Shown in pieces: positions 11,769 to 23,904 of a stretch of 64,000 bases of DNA (position 1 is the first letter of the stretch; each line of letters begins with the position of its first letter). A model generated the notes under the pieces. That model made no database searches. It saw nothing but the letters and a program-made list of their open reading frames with translations, and had not been told where the DNA came from. The DNA is taken from the NCBI RefSeq assembly GCF_036321535.1, contig NC_087472.1, positions 94,924,001 through 94,988,000 on the forward strand, given 5' to 3'. Position numbers and translations under genes: made by a program. This DNA comes from Camelus dromedarius. Its lineage: Eukaryota.

Positions 11769-12806
11769 CTAGACCTGGGAGGAGCTGCAGGACTTGGCCT
11801 TGGAACATGCACGGGCCTTGGCACGCGCTGCAGCCCTGACCGCAGCTGTCACCCCAGCTATCTCCTCCTCATCTTTCAGAGCCTCCTCATACAGCTTGGG
11901 GAAGGCCCTGGGGACCGCACCATTGATCTTGGCCAGAACCTCCAGCACTTTCATCTTGGTGGTTTCAGCGTGGGCCTTCGGGCCCCACAGGAACTCATAG
12001 CGGGGAGGATCGCTGTCGGGCACCTGGCGGTACTCGAGGTACTTCTGCTGCACCAGATCTTTGGTGATGAGCCTCCTGGGCTCCCCAAAGATCAAGTGCC
12101 TCTTCCCAGGGTGGACCCCCAACGCACCGAGGAACTCCCAGACCTCCTCCTCAGTGGCACGGTTGCCCTTCATGAAGATCACGCCCAGGAGCGTCATCAG
12201 CAGACCAGACTTGGGCAGCCCCCTATCACCACTCAGATTTTCGTCGCTGGGGAGGCCCAGCTTGCAGACCAGGGCATAGGAGTGACTGCTGGGGTCGACC
12301 TCCTTCAGCTCCAGGCCAAAGACCAGCTCCAAGCGCTCAGAGACTCTCCTGAGGATCTCGGGGAAGTGCTCCTTGTACTTCTTTTTGACGATCTTCAGCA
12401 GGGCTGTCTGCGTGATGGGCTCATTGGTCTTGTACTTCTCCAGCAGGAACTGCACCAACTTGCACGCCTTCCTGGTCAGAGGATCTCTGAGAGAGCTCTG
12501 AGCGGAGTATGCTGCCTGGGAGGCGCTGGCCCTCTCCTCTTGGCTCTGGGCACCTTGCTCAGACCCCGAGCACGCACTCCCCGCCTCGGGAGAGCTGGGG
12601 GCCACGGCTCCCTCAGGCTGCTGGCTAGTGCCAGCGGCAGGGGAGCTCGGGGGAGAACCCTGAGAAACAGAAGAGGGCGAGGAGGGGGTCTCCCCCTCTG
12701 CTGCGGCAGCTTCAGTGGCCCGTGCACCCTGGAGATTCTGGGTCTCCAACCGGGCCTGGTGGCGCTTTATGCGGGCACGGCACTTGCTCTTGCGCCCCCG
12801 AGGCAT
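11769..12806 (-). CDS. Melanoma-associated antigen B family protein (MAGEB6-like), intact single coding exon, 345 aa
   Basis: MPRGRKSK N-terminus and complete MAGE homology domain (FPEILRR...LVFGLELKEVDP...[27 protein letters not shown]). Residues KACKLVQFL, KLGLPS..LSGD..LPKSGLLM, ATEEEVWEFLG and AETTKM resemble human MAGEB6 as recalled, and the position downstream of MAGEB18 fits; exact orthology uncertain. Confidence 0.95.
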   Translation of the reverse strand: MPRGRKSKCRARIKRHQARLETQNLQGARATEAAAAEGETPSSPSSVSQGSPPSSPAAGTSQQPEGAVAPSSPEAGSACSGSEQGAQSQEERASASQAAYSAQSSLRDPLTRKACKLVQFLLEKYKTNEPITQTALLKIVKKKYKEHFPEILRRVSERLELVFGLELKEVDPSSHSYALVCKLGLPSDENLSGDRGLPKSGLLMTLLGVIFMKGNRATEEEVWEFLGALGVHPGKRHLIFGEPRRLITKDLVQQKYLEYRQVPDSDPPRYEFLWGPKAHAETTKMKVLEVLAKINGAVPRAFPKLYEEALKDEEEIAGVTAAVRAAARAKARACSKAKSCSSSQV

Positions 12807-12870
12807 GATGACACAGGTCAGGGACAGCAGCAGGCAGGACTGCGGGCAGGGAAGCAGGCGAGGAGGACAC

Positions 12871-12895
12871 CTGGAGGAGGGACAGGGAGATGCCT
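12871..12895 (-). other. Splice acceptor of the MAGEB6-like coding exon
   Basis: Minus strand catctccctgtccctcctccag|gtg; exon starts at 12870, 64 nt upstream of the ATG (62 nt in MAGEB18). Confidence 0.8.
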
Positions 12896-13099
12896 GAGCA
12901 CCCTCAGCAGGGAGATTCCTCCCTGGCTCTCACCAAGGCCGCCTCTGCAGGGTCCTTGAGGGCACCGCTCCAGGACCCGCAGGGCTGCGTTCTGCTGGTC
13001 AGCCTGTGCCCTGAGGACGCTGTGGACGACGTCAGACTGAGGCTTGGGCCGCAGCCAGACAGCCCTGCCTGGGCCTTACTGGGGTGACAGTGGGGGCTG

Positions 13100-14830
13100 G
13101 CAGGGGAGGTAGTTCCTCTCGGTCACATTCAGAGTCCGGATGACAACTGTTGGCAAGACTCCACCCCCTCCCCTCTGCTGCTCTCAAGCTGACTCTACCA
13201 TCTCCCATGTGAGCCACGAGGAGGACAAGGGGGAGCACCCAGCCCACCACTGAAGGGCCCGCGACCCTCCCTTCCGCTGTCCGGTGGCTGCCCCTTCAGA
13301 ACAGAGGTCTAACCTCCCTTAGACTTGAGAGAGGAAGTGATGGAAGTCTCAGCCTGACAGTCCTTTCCTGGGCTTTTAAGGGTTGACAGGAAGGGACAGG
13401 CCACATTCTCTGGTCCCTTCTCTTCAGGGTGGGGGACTGGCCTAGTCCTCACTGGGGGTCCTCCCTGGACCGCTGGTGCAGCCTGGAGCTGCTCTCTCTG
13501 GCCTGAGGGCTGTCCACTCCCACCAATGGCAGCACCTCCTGGAGACTCATCTGGGGGAAGGGAGGGTGACTGCGGAGCCCCAGCGGCCAGAGTGTGACCC
13601 AGCCTGCAGCCTGCAGCAGACAGGTCGAGGCCCTGTGGCTGACGCTCGCCCCTCCACACCGTGCCTCACTCGAGCCCCTCCCCTCGCAGACAGCAGCCTC
13701 ACTTCTCAGTGTTTGGCTGGCAGGAAGTGGCTGGCGTCGGGGAGGGATCCGAGGGGCCCTTGTTACGGGGAGGGTGGTCTCACAGGCCTGCGGGACTCAC
13801 CCTGAGTCTCCCCAGGCCCAGAAACACCCCCCGCCCCGTGCTGCCAGGCCGCCAGCCCCTCAGACCAGGCCCCGCCTCCCGCCTCCCGCCTCCCGCCTCT
13901 CCGAGCACGAGCACGAGGTGAGGGCGCCCGGCCTCAGCCCTCAGCCCTGCCCCGACCCCCAGGCCGCTGTCAGGAGCACGGTCTGCGGCCCCCGCTCCCG
14001 GGTGTGGGGTCCCCTCGGTGCTCCCGCAGGGTCTCTCCTTCACTCCGGAGGGCCTGGGGCTCCCCCTCTACTGAGCTGAGCCGGGCTCCACCAGCCTGGG
14101 ACCAAGGCCTCCTCCCCGGCACCCCGCGGGGAAGTGAGGGGACTCTGGGCCTAACAGCCACGCGGGGTCCTCCGGGGCCCAGAGCAGGGGCGGGAGGGCA
14201 CGGCCTGGCGGGCCGCCTCTTCTGGGGGGCAAAGGGACCCGGGGTGTCGGGGGCGTGTCCCCGCCTTCGTAACTCAGGATACCTCACACCTGGACACCTG
14301 ACAGGACGCGGGGCTCCTCCCTCTGCTCACCCTGGGCGGCAGCTCTCAGGAATGGCGTCAGGCCCTGAGTGTGGTGACAGGGCCGTCGCTTTGGCTTCCG
14401 GTCGCGCACATCCGGGCCTCTGGGAGGACAGCAGGGGCGCGGCCATGGGGGCGGGGTTCCGGGGGAGAGCCGGCGGGTCGAGGAGCGTGTGCACCTTCCG
14501 TGGGCTCTCAGCGGGTCCTGGGGCTTCTCCCTCTGCTGAGCTGAGTCCGCTGGGCGCAGACCGTGCCTCTCACTTCCCTCGGGTACCCCAGCAGGAAGTG
14601 TTTGGGGCCTGAGCCTAGCAGCCATGTCTGGGGCCTTCAAGACTGACAGTCGGGAGCTCTCTGGGCCCCTCTTTTTGGTGGGTGCTCCTCTCAGTCCTCT
14701 CTCAGGGTCTTCCCTTGACTGCCAGCAGGTGCTGGTCTACCTCCCATCTGCCGACCCGAGGCCAAGGCCTCAACATCAAAGACATCAGCTCCCTGAGCCT
14801 CCTGGTGTGAAGTGCAGGTACATCTCATCT
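13100..14830 (-). promoter_or_regulatory. CpG island and promoter module array of the MAGEB6-like gene
   Basis: Very GC- and CpG-rich at 13600-14600; repeated ctccctctgctg...gaccaaggcc...ggaagtg modules; paired ETS-like sites cttccgg and catccgg at 14395-14416; Sp1-like ggggcggg boxes. Confidence 0.85.
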
Positions 14831-15131
14831 GGCCACTGCTGCTTGAGGCTTCCCAGAGATGGCTGTAAGAGGTGAGAATCCTGTGGGTTTCAGTGTTCGG
14901 TTTAGGGAACTTACATTGAATTCTAGCAGTCCTGAAATTCCTCCCTTTTCTAACTTCAGTCTTCTCCCCTATCCTGGTCCTTAGGAACCCCATGGAGAAA
15001 GTGGTGAGCTCCTTAGCCTTACACCTCTTTCTGGTCCTCTCTTGACTGATATAAGTGTCTTTAATCAAAGTTTCTGGAATGAAGTTTTGTCATTATGTGC
15101 AATTGCTGTGATACTTGCTCTTCTCTTTCAA

Positions 15132-15592
15132 TTTTTTTTATATTCTGATTAATGAAAATAGTTCTGTATGTAGAATACAATGTTATGTTTTGATATATGC
15201 ATACTTTGTGAAATGATTGCCACAAACTATTTAACATATCACTTCCCTTAGTTACCGTTTTTGTGTGTGTGGTGAAAACTCCTTAAATTTTCAATGGCAT
15301 GAATGAACCTAGGAAGATATTATGCTAAGTGAAACAAGCTAGACACAGAAAGACAAATATTACATGATCTCACTTATATGTGGTCTGAAAAAAAAGGTTC
15401 AACTCATAGCAACAGAGAGTAGCATCGTGGTTACCAGAGGCTGAGGCTGAGGCTAAGAGAATTGGGAAGATATTGATCAGTTATAAGATGAAGAAGTTCT
15501 GGGAACCTACTGTAGAGCATGTTGGCTGCAGTTTGTAATAATATATTATTTGCTTGAAATTTGCTAAAAGAGTAGATCTCAAGTGTCCTTAT
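15132..15592 (-). mobile_element. L1MA-type insertion with 5' inversion (twin priming)
   Basis: 15132-15290 is an L1 3' end on the minus strand; 15290-15592 is the adjacent upstream L1 segment on the plus strand, ending at agagtagatctcaagtgtcc where the other segment begins. Confidence 0.7.
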
Positions 15593-16044
15593 TATTCTAT
15601 TTTCTTTCATGCCTTATAGCCTATTAAGATGACCGTAAAGAAAAGCCCAGTCCTCACCAACAAAAGACGTTTTATGTCTTTATTCAGACAACATCTGGAC
15701 TCATATTGCCTCAACCAACCAAACTTTAGTGCTGTCCTGATATTACCCCATAGTCCAGGAGTAGAAATTCACTGGCCTAAGGCACAGTGGAAGAAACAAG
15801 GATGAAAATTTAAAACCTTTGCTCCAACTGACCCTGTCTTCCCTAGACCTGTCTCAATTTCATGGCATGCCCTCAACTGCCCTCACACAAGCACTAGTTC
15901 AGTACAGACCTAGTACTCTCAGGGATTTTTCATGATTATTTTACTGTTATTGTTGAAATCATTTTGTTCATTCCTTCTTTAGGTTTTCCAGGGTTGATTT
16001 GGGGCAGCCCGAGTTTGGTTGTCATCTTGGAAGCTACAGGTAAG

Positions 16045-17890
16045 GTACTAAAACTAAGTTATTTAAGGAGAATTGACATCTTTATAATATTCTGTTCTCT
16101 TGAATAAACATGTTACACATCTCTATTTGGGACTTTTCTTCTCTACCATAAAGATCTTGTACAGTTCTGTAAGATTTTGTTTTAGGTGCGTTTTAGATAT
16201 TGTTGATGTTGTGAATGGGGTTATCCTTTATGTGGTCTAATTAGTTGTCAATTTTGTGTGACCAGGCTGCTGATTTAGCTATAGTGATTTTCTATATACT
16301 AGCTTTTTGATGTTCCTTATGTATTTTATTGTGTTTGCCTATTATTTTAGATATTTTAATTATAAGATTATGTTGGTACTGTCATTATCTGTTTTGTTAT
16401 TTATTTTATTAGTCTTGTGCATGTCTGTGTTCTGCTATACATTCCATACAGGTTTGTGGTACCATACCTCTGTGTGTTTTTGCAGACTTTATTAGGAATG
16501 CTTCTAAAATGACACATTTATGTATATTTGCTGATGATTTTATGATATGGAAATTCAATTCTTACAAGTTTGCAAAAAGCTGTTACCATGAATTTATGTT
16601 GAATTTTTATCAAAGCGTTTTCTTTACCCCTGCATATGATCAAACGATTTTTCTCTATTATCTGTTAGTATAGTGAATTCTGATTCATTTTTTGTAATGT
16701 GATATTATTTTTGCATTTCTTTGACACAGACTGTTTCTTTATTAATTCACCACTACATTGCATATGCCATGAAGTTATTTAAGATATTTGTCTCTATATG
16801 AGTGAGCTTGGCTTAAGTGTCTTTTTTCAGGGTATCCTTACCTGGTCTTTGTATCAAGCAGAGCTAGCCTATTAGAGTGGATGAGTCATTTTCCATCCTT
16901 TGTATGGTTTGGAAAAGTTCATATAAAATTTTGATTCATTTCTCCTTCATTTGGTGTAAGGAGCCTCCAAATTTGGCTGCTCCAGGAACATTTTGAGTGT
17001 ACCTTGGGTTTCAACTGCAATTTTAGCTTGTATTGTTAGATTAAGTTTTCTGTTTCTTTATGGACCTATTTAGTCATTTGTATTTTGCTAAAAAATCTTC
17101 CATTTCAGTTGGATTTTTTAATTTAAAAGCATGCTATTTACAATAAAATCATGTTATCATTGAAATTCTCAAACATACAACAGTACAGATAATAGAATAA
17201 TTAACCCAATATACCCGGTGCTCAACATCAACAATCCTCAATAGTAATAGGGAGAAGCTTGAAGATAAAGTTTTATTCATTGGTTTGTTCGTTTATTGGT
17301 AACACTACTCCAAAGGTGACACTGTGCACTTCCATTAGAAAATACATATGTCTGTCATCTCCTTCATGGTGATGTTGCCAGTCATTGAGGATTGTCACCC
17401 TCAGCCATTAATCCATGAAGGACTGCAGCATGGTCATTCTCACACTCCTTTGTGTTTATTAGCTAAAACATTCTCTAGGTAGAATTCTTTCTTTATCTAC
17501 CATTTGTTATCCTGATGTAAGGGTAAAAATACTTATAGTGTTCTATTAAAGTCTTTAAATCTCTTCTGGGTATATTTTGTAGAATTTTATTGAACTATCT
17601 TATTCACTTATTTCTGCTTTTTCCTTATGAAATTGATAATACCTACAGAAAGTGCTATAAAAATATTTTCAAAGAACAGGCTTTCATTAGTTGGCTCTAC
17701 TTTCTTCTAATTCATCATTTCTGCATTTATCTTCATTATTTTCCAGCTTCTAATTATTTGGTTGTAATGTGCTATTGTTTCTATAGCTCTTGAATCATTT
17801 GGATGTTTTAAATATTTATTTTTCTGATAAATCTATTTAAAGCTATAATATCCGAGTACCACTTGGGCTGTTTCCCACTGGTAATGTAGT
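16045..17890 (-). mobile_element. Ancient L1 (L1ME/L1MC-type) fragments, paralogous to 44685-45610
   Basis: T-rich degenerate antisense ORF2 (gagaattgacatctttataatatt; tgttgaatttttatcaaagcgtttt). Confidence 0.7.
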
Positions 17891-18510
17891 AGAGCTTTAT
17901 GTGTAGTGCTCGAAATTTTTGAGAGTTGAATAAATCTCTCCATTATACTGTTAGGACTTTTGAATATATGTATATGTGTGTGTGTGTATATGTGTATACA
18001 TACGTATGTGACAGAAATAAGTTTTTCTTAGGAATGAAAGGAGGCTTTCACATGAAAAAATAAATCAATATAATTGGTCAACTATAATTATTCAATTATT
18101 CCTGTTATACAGGAAACAGAAATCACTCTAAATATACAACTCAGAGAATTTAGTGCAGGAGACTTGTTACCTGAGAAGCCAACTGGGGAGACTTGAGCAA
18201 AACAATACTTTGCAACTTGAAGAAGGCGCTCCCACCTCTAGGCTTGAGGAACAAAGAGAAAAGGTGTTGTTACTGAAGGAAGTTGGAGCCATGGAGATAA
18301 TGTAGCCATTGAAGGGAAACCACCTGCTTTTTTAGAGAGGAAGAAGGTGAAAGATTTGGGGCACTTTGATCCTCTTGGGCTTTAATCTCCAGCTGTTGCT
18401 CCTTGTTGCCTTAAGTGAGCTGACATCCAGGTGTTGGAGAGCACAGAGTATAAGAAATGGGAGTTAGGCATTTTATACTAGAGAGCAGAGCAGAAGAGTG
18501 AGGAATTTTC

Positions 18511-18593
18511 TTTTTTTAATGGAGGTACTGGGGATTGAACCCAGGACCTTGTGCATGCTCAGCATGCACTCTACCACTGAGCTATCCCCTCCC
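18511..18593 (-). mobile_element. Camelid tRNA-derived SINE (Vic-1-like)
   Basis: Minus strand GGGAGGGGATAGCTCAGTGGTAGAGTGCATGCTGAGCATGCACAAGGTCCTGGGTTCAATCCCCAGTACCTCC plus A tail; A and B boxes present. Confidence 0.9.
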
Positions 18594-18600
18594 TGCTTCT

Positions 18601-19118
18601 TGTATTCATTTTCTACTGCAGCTACATAGCAAATTAGCACTAATTTAGCAGATGCTAGTAACGAGATAAATAAGTACAGGATAAATAAACACAAATTTAT
18701 TATCTCACAGTTTCTATGTGTAAGAAGTCTGGGTAAAACTCAACCGTGGTCTCTGCTTTAGAGTCTCACCTAGCTGCAGTCAGGGTGTCAGTTGAGCTGT
18801 GTTCTTATCTGAAGGCTAAACTAGAGAAAAATCCCAGTTCGCTCATTTTGTTGGCAGTGGTGCTAAGAAATTTTGGGTTTGTTGTTGTTGTTGTTGCTGG
18901 CTATTGGTTAGAGGCCAGCCTCAATCCCTAAACATAGCCTGCAATTCTATAACATGGAGCCCAGTCCATACTGGCCCTCTTCATGGGCCTCCAAAGACCT
19001 GTCCAACATGATAAGTCTTCTCCTCAAGGTTACCAGTATAGTAAGAGCATTTCTGCTAGCAAATTGGAGTCTTATATAATGTCCATAACCAGGAAAGTCC
19101 CGTCTCCCCTTTGACTTA
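18601..19118. mobile_element. MLT1E/F MaLR LTR, left part (continues at 30224-30335)
   Basis: aaacacaaatttattatctcacagtttctatgtg...gggtgtcagttgagctgtgttcttatctgaaggct; the remainder gtgacatctcatcacctttgtcat...caagcaagtcacagg follows the provirus. Confidence 0.7.
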
Positions 19119-20148
19119 CATAAGGGTAAATACAAATTTAAAATAAGAAAGAAGTACAGCTATTGAATCATTGTTTTGTACTCCTGAAACTAATAAAATG
19201 TTATATGTCAATTATACCTCAATAAAAATAAAATAAGAAAATTTTAGTTTAAAATAAAAAAAGAAAATTTCTTCCCAGGCCAAAAAAAGAAAAGGAAATG
19301 AGACCCCCCCCCCATCTTTTTTAGAGCATTTACTTAAAAAAATATATAAATTCTTTCTCTGACTCAAGGAGATCTATGTAAATCTTTTAAAAACTAAATA
19401 AGCCTGTTGCCAGTTTTATAACCCAAGAATTTTTCTCAATTAACTGGGAGCCATCTTTTTGAAATGTAAACAAGGAGGTTAGCACCTCATCTTCTAGTCT
19501 CCCTAAGAGTTTAACTTTGGCCAGTCTCCAAGTTGTAAAAAACTGCCTCCTGTCACAAAAATATGAGAAGTTTACTTTTCCTTTGAATAAAGTCAATTAT
19601 CTAACAAAGATGGCAGCCCCAATTGCCAGATGAATTTAGGATGAAGTATGTGTGATAAATGGAGCTGTCTAGTTTTCTTACTTGAGGAATAGTTATCATT
19701 ATCTTAAGAACATGGATGTCATGGGTTGTATTTGGCCGATATAAAAGGGTGAAGTATCTTTCTATCTTTGCAGTCTCTTTAGTGGATTGCCTGTGATGGG
19801 TGTCGTATTCTGGTTTAATGTTTATTAAATTAAAAAAGAAACATTTTCTTTCTTTCCTATATTTTGCAGAGAGGCGTTTCTCAGTTGGCAGGAGAGTTTG
19901 TTTCTGATAAACTACTCCAGGAAATCTGGCAATGAGGACAAGACTTCTGGAAGTTCCTAAATCAAGTGAATAATCAGAAGTTCTGTGTACAAATAACAGT
20001 CAGGTAGGAAACTTAAATTATAAAGTCTTCCTTCTAGCTCTGTGCCCTTTTGGATTACTTGTCAGAGGAACCAACCTCTTCAAATTCAAGATTTTACCAT
20101 AAAATAAGCATGGTAATATGAATTCTAAAATCCCATCAGGATGACCAT

Positions 20149-20152
<4 letters not shown>

Positions 20153-20193
<41 letters not shown>

Positions 20194-20269
20194 TGAAGGC
20201 ATGGGGAATTGAACCTAAGACCTCAAGCACCTTAAGCACATACTCTGCCGCTAAGCTATACCCCATCCC
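20153..20269 (-). mobile_element. Camelid tRNA-derived SINE with ~39-nt tail
   Basis: T run at 20153-20191, diverged Vic-1-like head; TSD tgaccattagc / tgatcgttagc. Confidence 0.85.
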
Positions 20270-23200
20270 TGATCGTTAGCTTTGATGACGGAAATGTATG
20301 GGAAGCCAGTTTTTTCTCTTTAACATCTATGATCTCTGTCACATTAGGAATGATATGCCTATAAGAATCTAGTCTTGCACTGGCCAGAGGATGCTTCCTT
20401 TAATTTGGATGAATTCACATATTCGTGGAGGTTCTTGGAAGGGCCTCATCTCATCCAAGTGAATTATTGTTATTTATGGGATTAATATCATTCTTACACA
20501 AAAAGTGGGATAGCCAGAAGGAAAAACTGAGAAAAATGTAACAGGAAATGAGAGAATTACAGGCATTTTCTCTGTCATAGAACCCTCCTTTCCCTGATGT
20601 CCCAAATGTCTCTGCTCCCCTGCTTCTCTTCCCTAACTCAGATCAGGTTTTGGAGAGGAGGAAGCAGGAGTCTTTGGGCTACGTGGTTCCCTTCATTAGT
20701 GATTTCCCTGCAAAGAGGGACTAAAGCATACATATGTTCATCACTAATGGATTACCTGCTCTGTTGAGGACATAGGTTTGTGTACCTCGTGCTCTAGCCT
20801 GAGTCTACTTCATGTCTTTGCCCAGGTTCCCCCATAAGATTCCCATATCATCCACACACCAGGTAGGTAGGAAAGCAGAAATGAGAAAGCATCAGGATCA
20901 TGGAATAATTGAGAACACGGATAAAAGACCATGCCCTGATATGAAGGCAACAGGATGGAGAGAAATTGCACTAGTCACTTGGAACAAAGCAAACAAAAAA
21001 AGCTGATAAATGTCAACATGGGAAGGTTAGTCAAAAGACCATATAATTTATGTTCTTCTTGTTTCAAAATGAGAACCGCCAGCGTTTCCTGTTCGGATCT
21101 CCAGCAATGCCAGGAACAGCATTGAGGAGCTGCCCAGGCCTCCCAGGTAATCCTCTTGCCTGTCTAACAAGCAGATGTAACTCATTTAAAGGCTTCTTTT
21201 CCCTGTATCCTGCAAATACTTTGTGGTGTGTTTTTAGTTTATAGCCGCACACATCGGGGCGTGCACTGATTGCTGTGTGGAATTTTGCAGTCAGCTGACT
21301 TGGCAAGTTTGATGAACCGAGCATGTGAGGGTCCTAAAAATTACCTTATCAAGGTGTACGGTGGACGCAGGAAGCCACTGCCCAGCCCCACCCCACCCCC
21401 CAAGTATGGAAGAACCAAGGGCATTAAAGACCCACAAAGGGGTTGCTAATAACTGTGCTTGAAGCCTTTCTGCTAAAGGTGAACTGAGAGAAGTTGCAGA
21501 GGTGAAACCAAGAAACCAGTGAGTCCCCCCCACCGCCCCATTGATTTCAATTGGCTGTTTGCTAAGGCATTCTACAAATTTATTGGCTCAGGTCCAAAGG
21601 CAGATCAAAATCACTCTCTGATCCTAAGCACCTTTGTCTAGGCTCTCTTGTTGACTAACTCCACTCAAGATGGCAAGGACAGACTGTTACTCAGACCTTA
21701 GCAGCAGCTACCTTGTCTTCTGACAATCAAAAGGCAGACAAAGAAGGAAAGAAGAAATTAAAAATTTTGTGTTAGCTGCTCAGTTAAAACTATTTACAAA
21801 AGGAATAACCCCTCTTCTGGACAACCTATGAAGGGAGTAAAGCAGGGAGACTGGATGTCATTCTTGCGAGAAGCCAGGACACTGGGAGAGGAACTATAAA
21901 GAGAAACTCCAAATGCAGAAATTGCAGGAATCAAGGAGCCAGGAAAGCCCAGGAAGACTAGGGAATAATTGGCAAATAGCTAAAAATGGACAGATATTGG
22001 AATCTCAGGGAGTGGGAACTGGTGATACTGGTAATACTAATTCTGCAATTTTCTTAGGGTTTTTTCGTTTTTCATTTGGTGGCAGATCAATAGGGGTTTC
22101 TGGTATTTCTGGGTCAGCCTTCTACTTGTCCCTTTTCATCTGTGGTTCCCATACAGATAAGTCCTATGACTAAGGACAGTCCTTTCTTACATCTTCTTGA
22201 TCCTCCTATAAACCCACTGTGGAGAGACCTGCCTTGGAGATGAAAGGTTACCACATTCTGTACACTGGATGGAGTGTCTTTGGAGCACCCTAGGTGGAGA
22301 AAGGCACCCTACTGGGTTACGGTGTGCCTTCTGAGTGAAATGTGGAATGGCAGAAAGTGGCCGTGTCATACCATGTTGGAAAAGCCCCCCAAGCTGAGAT
22401 GAATCTATGTGTTACTTTGGGCCCTAGGGAGTAATGATACAAGTTTAATTTGAGATAAAGAACCAATAAAAGTAGCTCATCAAAGGGTTAAGTCATGGCC
22501 ATGTGTAAAATAATACCCTTTGTTGAGCACTCACTTAGAAGGAATAAAACTAGTTGTAAAAGAATTAGGAAAAAAAGGAAGATAATAAAAAATGAAAATG
22601 GTACTTGCTCTGTAATACTCCTATACCTCCAGTAAAGAAGGAAGGCACATTTTAGGAAGATGGGTGGCAACTGTATCGTTTTTGTACAAGATCATAGAGA
22701 AGTAAATAAATTTGTTTTTCCATTAACCCCTGTAGTCCCTAAGCCTGCAACTATACTCACTTGTGACTTCGACACCATCACCTGTAATGTTTTTCTCTGT
22801 AGTTGATCTGTGTTCTGACTTTTTTCTGTCTCTCTCTTTCTGTTCCTCTAGCACACAAATCTATATTCTTGTTTGTGTTTGCTTACAAAGGAATAACAGT
22901 ATTTGTGGCAAAGGACTCCTCAAAGGTTTGGGGGCTCTCCTACTATTTTCTCCAGTCATTTACAGGAAAATAGAGAAATTTGTCCCAAGTAGAGGGACAA
23001 TCACACAATATGTAAGTGATTTGCTGATAGACTCAGACACTAAAGAGTGATGCAAAGCTAATACTTTGTTACCGTTCCTCTCTTCACAGGGCCATAAGGC
23101 CTCCTTAGGCAAATTGCAATATTGCCAAACTGAGGTAAAATATTTATGGCATCTGTTGTCAGCTGAAGGCTGCAAATTGTTACAGTCGAGGAGCCAGCCA

Positions 23201-23904
23201 ATTTTGCCACTAAAACTGCCAACTATAAACAAAATCTTAGATAATTTGGAAACTAGTAGGGCATTGTAGACAGTGGGTTCCAGCCTTTTACAGGGCAGGC
23301 AAAACTTCTGGCATAGCAATTGCGTGATCATTCTCTAGATCCTCTGGTTTGGTCCCTAGAAACTGAAGAGATTTTTGAATAACTGAAATTGACTACAGCC
23401 TCTTTCTCCCGTAGCTTTGGAGAGTCTAAATTTTGAAAACCTGGCACAGTTTATCTGACATTTCTGTTTAAAATGCAGATTTGATAATGTTCACTGCTGG
23501 GTCCTGTACTCGAGATAAAAGTGGCTGACTTAAGGCTTCCTATGTTGCAGTGACATGAAATCTTGGAAGCTCATGTTTTATCTGGAGTTAGGTCTGCACA
23601 AGCAGACCAGTTAACAGCAGTTCCTAGAGCTGAAGTTCTTGGTAACTGGACTTCAAGTGGGTACATATGCAAGTAATAAATGTTTGGTTCTGTCATGCTA
23701 CAGGGTAAATTTGGAAAAATAGGGGATTTTTTACTTCAGTGAGAACTGAAATAGCTCATGGAAAAGTGACAGGTGATTTGTTAGAGGCTGTATAACTGCC
23801 TCTTCAGATATTAGTACCCACTGTAGAACTCACACAGGGCAGAAGGACAAAGTTTCTAAAGGTAATACTTTTACTGATAGAACTGCAAAATTTGCTCTTA
23901 AAAC

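Noticed and set aside
11970..12959. 329-aa + strand ORF antisense to the MAGEB6-like gene
   Set aside because: Shadow of a GC-rich coding frame; starts at a non-ATG codon, and only short versions exist at the paralogues (6605-6841, 42844-43134).
13309..14875. Many overlapping Pro/Arg/Gly-rich ORFs
   Set aside because: Expected from stop-codon scarcity in a CpG island.
18511..18593. tRNA-like sequences (also 20153-20269, 31462-31607)
   Set aside because: A tails, TSDs at two of the three copies and SINE-type ends show they are tRNA-derived SINEs, not tRNA genes.
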